A DNA stretch of 64,000 nt from NCBI GenBank assembly GCA_003344405.1, contig NOWV01000156.1, positions 62,001-126,000 of the forward strand, read 5' to 3'. The notes beneath the pieces were generated by a model that worked only from the letters and a program-made list of their open reading frames with translations, ran no database searches and was not told the origin of the DNA. Source of the stretch: Trichoplax sp. H2 (lineage: Eukaryota). The translations under genes were made by a program, and so were the position numbers. The stretch's first letter is position 1. The number at the start of each line of letters is the position of its first letter. Of the stretch, positions 39,901 through 51,141 are shown one piece after another.

Positions 39901-41611
39901 TTTCGACCAGATTTTAAGAATTTATGATGAAATGGTAGAGAAGTCTGTAAGGTTAGTAGTAAATGTTCAGTATTTTGTATTGCATCTAGAAGTATATTTT
40001 TTGTAATGTTGGAATTTACACTAAATTTAGACCGATTTCTGCGGCTATTCATATGATAATTACGGCCCTACAACGGGCTGGGCGTGGAGACGAAGCAGCA
40101 GCATTGCAGTAAGTAAATTGGAGAAGGTACAATTAAGCTGATATTATGATAAACTAGAAGTAAATACAACTATGGAAATTCAATTCATAGATCTATTGAA
40201 AGTGAAAGTAAAGATATTATGACAATGAATGTGTATGTTGAAGCTGCGGCGTCACAGATGAATATTGAAGGTAAAATTTTTATAGTCCGTTACAAGTAAC
40301 AATTGTACTTGAATCGAATCGGGTATAAAGGGTACAGATTGAGGATAAAAATTAATTGACATAATATCTACGTTAACAGCTGCTTTGGAAAAATTAGCTG
40401 AGGTTAAAGCCGCAGGGAACACTCCTTTACCATTTGCTTATACATCTTTGTTGAAAGCCTACAGAAATCGAGGTGAAGCACAATATACAAATTTGCTTCT
40501 GCAAATTTATTATCCTTCAATGTTAAATTTCTGAACTGGAAATGCAATGAAGTAAAGCAATTATCAATATTTGATAATAGGTGATTGTGAAAATGCTTAT
40601 AAGTTGTACTTGGAAATGAAAGACTTACAAGTAGAAATACCAAAGATATGTTTCGTTATTTTGATTGGATTATTCGCTGAAAGGTGCATTAATATAATAA
40701 TAAATAACATGATATTACTAAATCCGTTATGTAATATTTGTAATGCTATTACTACACTTTGCAGTCGAAACCTTGATCGAGCAAAAGAGATTCTTGACTG
40801 TGCTTTGGCTGAAAACAAAGTACCATATGTTAGGTCTTTCGAGCAGATGATAACGTTAGCTATTTCTAAAAATGATCAAGATACTGCTAATGCATGTAAG
40901 TGACGATCACTACTGCTCAATTTAATTCGTATATTACAAGTTCTTAAGTTCTAACATTGTGCTATTTGTAGTTGTTAAGGATATGCGGAGAATTTTTGAT
41001 ATCGATTATAATGAAATGCAAGAAATATTGTTAGCTTCCAATTTAGCTGCAAACCAAGTGGCAGTTGCTGATAATTATTACAAGGTTAATAGGACTAAGC
41101 AATGATAGTTATATAATCGCTTATCGTTGATATCATAAATGATTATGTGAGTATTAAGTATGATAAAATATTTTTAATTCTCTATCTGTATTAGTATTTG
41201 AAGGGCGAAAATTCCAGTCGTTTAATCACTCGATTTAAAGCGATAGCTAAAACTTGTGTGAGAACCAATAACTTAGAAATATTACAAACGCTTCAAGAGT
41301 TTACTAAACGTCATCATGTTCCTTTGGATCAATCCTATCTTAACGAAGGGCTACTCCTTGTTTATAGTATGATATTTTGCTAAATATTGCTTTATCCAAT
41401 TTTTATCTGTAATGCAAACGATAAGTAGCAGATGTTGATTAAAGTTCTAATTTTCTTTTCTTGATAAGGCAATAAAAATGATGTTAACCAAGGAATCGAA
41501 TTATACAAGAACATGAAGAATTCCAATGCAGTGGTTTCTGAAAGATTCACTACACTACTACATTCGCTGTTACAAAGAAATGATATGGATATTTCTGAAG
41601 TTGTAGACTAG
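33969..41611 (+). CDS. LRPPRC: Leucine-rich PPR-motif-containing mitochondrial RNA-binding protein (LRPPRC ortholog), about 30 short exons
   Basis: The Arg/Ser-rich N-terminus lacks acidic residues, like a mitochondrial presequence (MWRVSTRFLMQRPVVFNARN). Exons give IIRNCGERLRDVKPEQRIELVHQFW, FNVNHYNELLTVY..FSPIEFLSSMRAKNVSPDK, TYINILQAYGIQGDIKAA and SESVYAALITGHARA, which match the LRPPRC N-terminal PPRs. Stop TAG at 41609-41611. Confidence 0.92.
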
Positions 41612-43442
41612 TCATGAAAAACGACATCGTTTGCACTTGTTATCCAAGTTATTCCAATAATTAATTTAACATCAATCTAAAATTGTTTCATATCATAGCC
41701 TTATTGGCGATAAAAATCATGATATTATAAACAATGAATTTTATATCAAATATTTGGCGAAAAAATTGATATGGATATCGTATTAGAGCTGCAATTGCTT
41801 TAGGATTGAATACCACAAAATAACATTTGTTCTATAATTGCTTGTTGGTGCGACAAGCATAGAATCAGCCACTTATGATGTACTAGCTCAGTTATATTAT
41901 AATTATTAGCGATATTACATATGAATAGGTTGTAAAGGAATGGAAGCCTGAATTGCTGCTAATTAATTTTTCTTAATCTTAGATTATTAGATTCTTATTT
42001 TAAGCAAATTTTAGATCGCTTCATTTACCAATAATAGCAGTAATTTTATTGTATGATATCTGCATTTATTCAGCATGTTAAATACTTAGATACCTATATT
42101 AAAGATTATATTAAATTCTTAATCGGAGATTACTGTACTGTGCACGGTACAGCATCAATTTGATGTATAACTGTTGAATGAGTATTACTGACTATTCTGG
42201 TGATGATGTTAGATGCTCGTATATTAGCTGTTAGTCCTTAGTGTGCTAGCGTGCCACAACATTGAATATCTTCTCATTTCGTGCATATTCTACGTAAAAG
42301 CTGTTGCCAGTAGCACTTGGCTAAGAATACCTATCGCTGAATGGGCATTAACTATTCAAATTACTGATATATTATAATAATTGAAATGTATCAAGATTGG
42401 GTTAAAGAACTGTACAGTCGCTATTGAAGCTAGATAGTAACTCGAAATTGATTTCACAGTCGGAATATTATGAGAAATGCAGTATCCCTCCAAGAACTAC
42501 CGTTATTGTGGTTGGCTGTGGCATTATTTGCCGTAGTAATCCACATCGAAACCTGTTGTAACTTGTGCTAATTATAGCGATATGTATGTCACATTAGAGA
42601 TTTGCTTAATTTTAATAACTCAAATTTCCAAGAATCGAAGAAGATTCTAAACCCATTCATTACCAAGCCTAGGATGATCATGATTTTATCCTAACTGAAT
42701 TCGCTATGACAGGCGTGCTAAGTGTTGCCAAGGTATAATTATATTATCGACAGTATGGTGATAAACTCTTTGGGCTTTATTTTATATGTGATCATATACA
42801 ACATAAATGGATTGAGGTGTGCCAAAATGTAAACAAGGTAACAACACAGTATTATGGTATGTCAATTACATACAAATACACAACTTCGTATAAACATTTT
42901 ACAACTGCAGAGCAGTATATTGATTAATTATCAATACTTCAAAGAATAGGCAAGAAATAGTATTAGTGACCGTATTATTGAAATTATATGATTACGATCA
43001 CAGTTTTAAAAATTAAGTCCATTTTTTAAACTCAAAATTCTTATAACGTAGCTCTTCAGTAATGCATCATTCCTGATTTGGTTTCATAAGGTGCGGTAAC
43101 ACTAGAAAGCCAAATGGCATAAGGCGATATTAAATGATCGTATCATCACAGTTATAATCTACGGCTGACATTTTCTTCGTAAGCTGTTTTGAATTATATT
43201 ACGATTTTTAACGGATATTTCGTAGTTACAATCATTAAAAACTTTTTAATCGAATAATTGATTAACTAGACTTATGTCTACATTTTTTTTACCCAACAAT
43301 GGGAAAAATCAAATGACAAAGTAAAAGTACTTATAGTAATAATAGTTTAACACGTAGACATCCCTTATCCATACTCATGTCTTGCTTTAAAAGTATCGCT
43401 TGGATTTTCAAATTCTTAAGATATAGCATCTAATAGCTCAAT

Positions 43443-44937
43443 AACTTTTCTTTTTAGCGCAAAGCACTGAGTAAAAACAATGCACTCTTTTTTTAGACTG
43501 TACATGATATCAATAATAGAATAGAAAAGATGTGGTTAGCTGAGCTAGGTAACAATTAATTTTTTATAAACTAACAGAATTTACAAGTTTTAAAAGTTGA
43601 TTCCACTTTATACAATGACTCCTATGAGATTATCAAATAGTTAAAAACGCTAAAGTTACCTGCACTGCTAATAATTTCGTATCCGTCTTCAATCTTTACC
43701 GAATGGCGTTGGCTATCAGTTGAAGTCTCAGGTACAGGCATCCTTCCAACAAATCCTGCACGCCTAGTGAAAATAGATGACAACAGTTGATTTAAAGCAA
43801 TACAGCTTGTTATCGTCGAGTAAATTCTTTTCAGTGTAGACTATATGTTAATGATATACGATGAAGTAAATCTATTCATACAATCTGGTCAAAGTACTGA
43901 CGAGTGTCAACTGTTATTGTCGTATCAACGAAATCATATTAATACTTTTTTAAATCTGTGGTAAAATGTAACTAGTTGGTATATGTAAATTTTGACTTAC
44001 ATTGGTCTTCTTGCACTTTTGTGGCGACGATGTGTATTTACTTTTGTGGGAGTTAAGTTACCAATTTGTTGGCCCAAGCGTAAAAACGCTGGTTCTGCAT
44101 TCTCATTGTTAAACATAGAAGGAACTGCAATTCCAAATATGTAAGANNNNNNNNNNNNNNNNNNNNAACTTTTCTTTTTAGCGCAAAGCACTGAGTAAAA
44201 TCAATGCACTCTTTTTTTAGACTGTACATGATATCAATAATAGAATAGAAAAGATGTGGTTAGCTGAGCTAGGTAACAATTAATTTTTTATAAACTAACA
44301 GATTTTATAAGTTCTAAAAGTTGATTCCACTTTATACAATGACTCCTATGAGATTATCAAATAGTTAAAAACGCTAAAGTTACCTGCACTGCTAATAATT
44401 TCGTATCCGTCTTCAATCTTTACCGAATGGCGTTGGCTATCAGTTGAAGTCTCAGGTACAGGCATCCTTCCAACAAATCCTGCACGCCTAGTGAAAATAG
44501 ATGACAACAGTTGATTTAAAGCAATACAGCTTGTTATCGTCGAGTAAATTCTTTTCAGTGTAGACTATATCTTCCGGAGGCGTGCAAATATTGTAAATCA
44601 ACTCTATCCATGTATCAATTCGATTAGGTATCACAATTGTTAATGATACACGATGAGGTAAATCTATTCATACAATCTGGTCAAAGTACTGACGAGTGTC
44701 AACTGTTATTGTCGTATCAACGAAATCATATTAATACTTTATTAAATCTGTGGTAAAATGTAACTAGTTGGTATATGTAAATTTTGACTTACATTGGTCT
44801 TCTTGCACTTTTGTGGCGACGATGTGTATTTACTTTTGTGGGAGTTAAGTTACCAATTTGTTGGCCCAAGCGTAAAAACGCTGGTTCTGCATTCTCATTG
44901 TTAAACATAGAAGGAACTGCAATTCCAAATATGTAAG
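43443..44937. repeat. Near-identical direct duplication (43443-44146 vs 44167-44937) on either side of a 20-N gap; probable allelic assembly artefact
   Basis: Both copies abut the gap (44147-44166). They differ by a few SNPs and a 68-bp indel (44571-44638). They duplicate the last RhoGAP exons. Confidence 0.9.
44147..44166. other. Assembly gap (20 N)
   Basis: Run of n characters. Confidence 1.
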
Positions 44938-47610
44938 ATATTAATCTATAGATATACTACAATAATTGTAAGGAATTCCATTATAATTACTATTATGATT
45001 AAAATAATATCGACATTATAATATATTATCTAGTACATAAAACCAAGCATGCCTTTGAACAGTAACTAACGTTGCTGTATCTGCGGAAATTTGGACGAAC
45101 GACCACGCAGCTTTGACGTCATCGATACATAAGGACTGTGTATACGTTGCATGACTGAAGCAGCACGCCTACAATAATAGCAATGATTCCAAATAGTATG
45201 AAATCAGAGTTCATATATGAAAAGCTTAAAAATCAGTTGGCTCCAATCAGCCACAGTAAAATTTAGAGATATAAGCATAATGCAGCACAAACTTTTTCGT
45301 TGCTTTCATCATGTTGCTGTTATCATGTTTTCTTTTTAATCCTTGAGCTGAATCCAACAATGGAGAGGAACATGCTTCGGAATTGAAACTAACTACAGGG
45401 CCAACGACCGAATTGGTAGCATTATCGTCCTTTAAGGCCTTTAGAAAGTCTGGTGATATAGCCTGTCTCGATTTAGCTTTAGTAGTAATTATCAAGTGTA
45501 AGTCAATCTTGATTTGAAAAGGCTTAGGAAATATCTTCGTACTGTAGTAATTATTTCTATTATCCTTTATTGACGCTAAAACTGCACAGTCAACTAAGTT
45601 GTAATAGCTGAATTATTAGTAACTAGTCCATACGGTAGGTCAAGTTTTGTTCCGTAGTCTTACATTTTTTGTTATGAGGATCAATACCAGCCCTGCATAG
45701 ACGAGCATTCGATGATCGAGTTCTTAAACGACGTTTGCTCTTCTTTTGATCTATGATAAATTTTAGTAATACACATATGTAAGCATTAAAGAGCGTTGAT
45801 TTTGAATCAAATAAATGATATATTCCGACTGACGCTCTATTTAGTGAATACTGTATTATTTGCAATTTATTAAGCAGTCGTATGAAGGCAGTTGTCTAGT
45901 AAGTACTAACAATAGCATAATACTTACTACTAAATTTATTCATTGCAAATTTGTCATCATTGGGCAACAAAGTGAATTTATCTTTAAGTTGTTGGATATC
46001 TTCCAGTACGTCAGATGGTATAAAGCCAATTTTATCGGCATTATCGATTAAAGTTTTTATGATGGTTGTTTGTAATGATAGTAAATCGCTATTATCATCA
46101 TTATTGCTGACGTCAGGCATTAAACTTGGCGTTAAAACTAGTGCTAAGTTATTACTATCCATTTGATTTTGATCGGATTGAGTAGCAACATCTTTCAGAA
46201 ATTTCATAATATAATGCAAAACGTTTAAGTTATCCCGTGGAAATAACAAGCACAGTAATAATATTGTCATTTGATGCAGACGACTTGCTTTCATTGAAGC
46301 ACATTGTAAAAGTGCTTCATGAAATTCGTGAGGCATTACAGGAAAGGACAAGGAACGTAGAAATTGCTTCCATAACGTAGCAATATCATGCACATTAGCA
46401 TCTTCACTCCAATCCTGGTTAACTTTACCGATTTGTGCCTAGTACGTTGTTGTAGTATTTTGAAGCATAATTTAATTTTACGAAGAGATTACGAATTGAA
46501 TTAAACATCGCTTTTAGCTATTTACCAGTAGTATTTTTTGTCGTGAACGTGATCCAGATTTTCTGAACAGGCCTTCTGTGTGAAGATGTCTTCGTAGAAA
46601 TTCACTTGTTTGATGTAAAAAGCTGTTGGGAAACATTGCAGTATAGAATTGATTAGATTGATTCGATTAAAGTTGCATATATCAGCGTCTAATTATTTAA
46701 ACAGAAATTGTTAGAAACTAATATTATAAATTAGCTACAATCGTGTTATTATGCTACACTGGTAGTTTATTTAACTGCTGATATGATTTCCTGATATGCA
46801 ACAGTTGCATTAACTAATTTGATAATGTAGTGAATTCTAGTGACATGATAGGTGAGGTATTGGTCCCACTTTCTAGAGAGATGTACGTAATACAACATGT
46901 AGAGCGTTAGAATAACTAAGACAGACAGATGATTTTGACGGTCATTAGTACATGTATATCTATATCTCGTTAACTTTATAAAGTACTAACAAATTTTTGG
47001 AGGTCTATTCGTGTTAACTATATAAAGCATACGACACGTAAAGGAATAATGAAAACTGCGATTGTTGTAGGAGTAGCATTTGATTGCGTCATTCTATGCA
47101 TTAAAGTAGTTGCCGATAATTAATTCTTTATTTCTAAAATGCTGCAGTTACTTACGTTGGAATGGCATAGTGTTCCGTTTGATTATCTTGCTTGTATGGG
47201 ACCAATGTTGCTGGCAATCCTAAAACTGAAGCAGGGTTGTCTTGGCTATGATTCTACAATAATAAACGATACGCGAATCATGACAAATGCTTAGCAGTCA
47301 AAATAGACTATACAATCACTTCTTGCTGTTTTTAAATACACTGTATCAAGGTTAATAAGATAGAGTAATAGGGGTTGTCCGTTTATAGAAGCTTTCATTT
47401 GTAGGTCATGGACTTTAGATAGAAATCTGACTAACATGGCTACATCGTGTTCAGTTGGTGTACTTTATGCTACTTACGAGTAGGTTATCTTGCCACTTTA
47501 TCCTACTTATAATTCTAACTATTAACCTTGAAGCAATCGAATAGGATTGATCGATAACTATTTCTATTGTTTGACAGCTCCTTTGATGGAAGTATGGCAG
47601 GGATGCGCAT
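44217..47610 (-). CDS. ARHGAP11A: Rho GTPase-activating protein, ARHGAP11A-like. Multi-exon; both ends approximate.
   Basis: Exons read SVLGLPATLVPY...YAIPT|FLHQTSEFLRRHLHTEGLFRKSGS (arginine finger intact), HDIATLWKQFLRSL, NQMDSNNLALVLTPSL and LQTTIIKTLIDNADKIGFIPSDVLE. The HTEGLFRKSGS, MDSxNLA and TLIDxAxxIGxxP pattern is ARHGAP11A-like. A basic low-complexity C-tail follows. Confidence 0.85.
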
Positions 47611-49565
47611 CTACCGATAGTGTGGTATAGGCTTGTTATGTTGGTAGATTGTAAAATCTAGAAAGCTTCTTCTATTGCTTAAGGAATGGGATCAAGATAG
47701 CAATGTATCTGTCTGTATGTTAACTGTCTTTCTTGGCGATCATTGTTACAGAGGATTTACATCCGTTACATGCAAAGCATAGCAGGATCGACTATAAAAT
47801 ACGGCACAGCCTGTTTGGATGGCTCTGACAAGCTAATACAACGCTTTCAAAGTGTTTGTACTAATTCACTTACCCTATTAGCTTGGATTACACCATCGGG
47901 TACTTTAATTCGACGGCTACACAATAATTGACGTATGACGATGTAAGCATGATCTCGATTATCCATACTAAATATTAGTGATGCCATGGTTCAGGTTGAT
48001 GATTTTCAATAGGTACTTGTAGGTGACTAACGTGCAATGTCTTGATCTTGGAGAAAGTGTAAGTTGATGTGTGCTTTTAAGCTTGTCTTCCACTCTCTAT
48101 TCTATCAGGTTACTGTAATAATAATGAATCTTTTAGCTTGAATCAATCTTCTATCTTATACCAGTCGTTGCCAATGCAAATCTAGTCTCAGTCTTTGTAA
48201 TGTAATGTTGGTCAAGGTTGTTGCTTTGTAGAAGGCTTTCAAGTCTCTGTGATCCCACTTGGTCACACAATCCGCTTGTCGTCGTCGTCGACAACAGTGT
48301 TACTCGATGAAGTATTTTTCTCCACCGACAACGATAAAATTACCTCGTAGTCTACCTGCCCCCAAAAAACATATTACAATAATTTATTTGTCTGGTTATT
48401 TGTAGTTAGGTTAAAGCTATGCATTGAAAATCAAGTTGAAAGGACGCCATGGACAACGAGCCCAAGGCATGATTGCCATGGCTGTATGCGTTGCTTTGGT
48501 TGGCCAAAGAGAACCGAGCATAACCAAGCTCATTTTTGAACCTTACCTGCTTTCTTTTTTAGCCAATCGACGACTACAACACACCAGGCTAGGTAAATTA
48601 CTTGCAAAAATCAATCTAAAACTGGATTGCTTTCCCTTATTAGGCTAAATTGGCAACCAATGTAAGAAAATCAAAGGGATTCAAAGAGAGAGAGAAAAAA
48701 AAATTGTGTAAAATTTCACTGGCTGGCAATGACTCTGTCTGCAGCTTGCTGAACCGTTCACCAGTGAAAATCCTTATGGAGCGCTGCAGAGGTTGTTTAC
48801 AATTTAGACTCTTTGCAGTCCATGGTCGAAGACAAAGCGATGGTGTGTAGCACTGTAGCTTGACTCAGTCGTTGTTGACGCGTACTGTCCAATTGACCTG
48901 ACAGAAAAACGTTTGCAAACGTTGACACTCGAGTCCGACTTTAAACTGCCGCTTGCAAATTCAAATAGTGTGACGTCACAATAGGTTGTTCACCACTCAG
49001 TGAATGAAGTTGGACCTGCGCACAACCATCATTGGGACTGGATGACAAGCAGCGGCTTGACGTCAACTCCAGTAAACATCCAAGTAGAATAAAGCTGTTG
49101 TAAAGCATTTCGCACAACATGGCGAAAGAGTGAATTCAAGTCAACTAAAATCAAGTCCAAAATGATGCACTCTACTGTCAACCATTGCCGTGGCCAACTA
49201 TTACAGTATACTGTACAGTTTTAGTGATAGCCTATCGTAGAATGAGGAGAAAAAAGAGTCAGTCAGTCAGTCTCGGTACTCTTTTGAAGTGAACGCCCGT
49301 TAAAGTAATTTACTTGCCTTGAACGGGGACGAACACTACAGTAAGTACATTAAAGAATCAACAATAGTACAAAGAGAGGGGCAGGAAAGGATTCTTCATC
49401 ATAGTAAAAATGTGCAGCCGAATATTTGACTGGTCATTTTAACTGTATTGCATGTCAAGAAAGACTGAAAAAATGATAGTGCCAAGCGTAGACTAGTAGA
49501 GGTATCTACAACTCTATGATAACTAAGAGAGAATTTGTCTTTGGCCTCGACATTCCAGTACTGTG

Positions 49566-49629
49566 CAGGGTGTCCGGAAAGTCTGGACACATCTTATTTA
49601 GTTCTGTATGACAGATGCGTCCAAACTTT
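49566..49629. mobile_element. Possible Tc1/mariner-type TIR relic (tiny MITE-like foldback)
   Basis: CAGGGTGTCCGGAAAGTCTGGACACATC resembles mariner-type termini. AAAGTCTGGACACATC (49578-49593) pairs 14/16 with GATGCGTCCAAACTTT (49614-49629). The right end is truncated and there is no TA target site. Confidence 0.4.
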
Positions 49630-50245
49630 ATTTCTAAATTTTGTATGCAGTAAGATCATGTTCTGGAGATTTTAATATCGCAAACAGCAATATTCTGAGA
49701 CGTTCCTAGGTCTCTATATTTCAACGTCTACTAGAGACTGAGAGTATAGTACAGTAATGTATTGAAAGTAACAGTATTTTGCAGTCAACAGCCACTTGTA
49801 GTCACTCTCTTTCTTGTCAATATTGCTTAGCCATCCTTGAATTTGGTATGATTCATAAGCAATTGAACGCATGAAAACGTTCTCCGTCGTCAGATGGAAT
49901 TGCAAACACAGAAAGGCACCTACAGCCACAATCAAAGCTCTCACTTGAGTCTCTTGGCTGTGCCATCTGACAATTTGCCCATCTGCTGCAAAAATCCAAC
50001 TCGGTATTTACGATGACATTCAGTGGAAAGCACCAGCGCGTATGGAGTTGAGCAGCTCATTTTGAGCAACAACCGTGGACGACCATAGTGTACCCATTGC
50101 AGATGTACAAAACACTTGAAATGACCAGCAACATACGCCATTCTCAGTACTATATCATTGCATATAGAAACCAACAACAATCACTGTCTCTCGCTGCATC
50201 TTTGTATACTGTCAGGTCTAATACGGTGTTTGTATGACATAGACA

Positions 50246-50815
50246 AGTTCAGTTTAGTTTAGTTTAGTTTAGTATAGTTTAGTTTAGTTTAGTATAGTTT
50301 AGTTTAGTTTAGTTTAGTATAGTTTAGTTTAGTTTAGTATAGTTTAGTTTAGTTTAGTTTAGTATAGTTTAGTTCAGTTCAGTTTAGTTCAGTATAGTTT
50401 AGTATAGTTTAGTTTAGTGCAGTTTAGTTCAGTTCAGTTTAGTTTAGTTTAGTTCAGTTTAGTTCAGTTCAGTGCAGTTTAGTTTAGTTTAGTTCAGTTT
50501 AGTTCAGTTCAGTGCAGTTTAGTTTAGTCTAGTTTAGTTTAGTTTAGTCTAGTTTAGTTTAGTTTAGTTTAGTTTAGTTCAGTTCAGTTTAGTTCAGTTT
50601 AGTGTAGTTCAGTTCAGTTCAGTTTAGTTCAGTTCAGTGCAGTTCAGTGCAGTGTAGTTCAGTTCCGTGCAGTTCAGTTCCGTGCAGTTCAGTTCAGTTC
50701 AGTGTAGTTCAGTTCAGTTCAGTGTAGTTCAGTTCAGTGTAGTTCAGTTCAGTACAGTGCAGTTCAGTGCAGTGCAGTTCAGTTCAGTTCAGTTCAGTTC
50801 AGTACTGTACAGTGC
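50246..50815. repeat. Pentanucleotide satellite, ~114 in-phase AGTNY units (AGTTT/AGTAT/AGTTC/AGTGC/AGTGT/AGTAC)
   Basis: The 5-bp phase is unbroken over 570 bp. Confidence 0.97.
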
Positions 50816-50894
50816 GATATGGATCAGCGCGGACCAGTCCAGTGCGGTACGGTTCAGAGCGGTTCGATCTGGATGGTGTTGATATGGTTGGCAC

Positions 50895-51090
50895 TACTGT
50901 CAGCTCTAATACTGTGTTTGTATGACCTAGACAAGTTCAGTTTAGTTTAGTTCAGTACAGTGCGATCTGGACCAGCGCGGACCAGTGCAGTTCGGCACGG
51001 GACAGTACGGTTTGGCGCGGTTCAGTGCAGCGCGGTAAGGTTCGGTACCGTTCAATACGGTCCAGTAGAGTACCGTACGGTACAGTATAG
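50895..51090. repeat. Second, short copy of the head + pentamer array + degenerate tail unit that begins at 50207
   Basis: TACTGTCAG.TCTAATAC.GTGTTTGTATGAC.TAGACAAGTTCAGTTTAGTTTAG occurs at 50207 and 50895. Both tails share GTACAGTGCGAT.TGGA.CAGCGCGGACCAGT.CAGT.CGG.ACGG. Confidence 0.88.
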
Positions 51091-51141
51091 GACGGCTCTC
51101 TACGTGACTCTAATCAGTTGATTGGGAGTAGCTTTGACAAC

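Noticed and set aside
48162-48270. KWDHRDLKAFY peptide resembling the ARHGAP11A N-terminus
   Set aside because: There is no in-frame ATG and a stop lies just upstream. It is more likely a 5' UTR exon or a chance match.
50667-50882. QFSSV-repeat ORF
   Set aside because: It is a translation of the pentamer satellite, with a non-ATG start.
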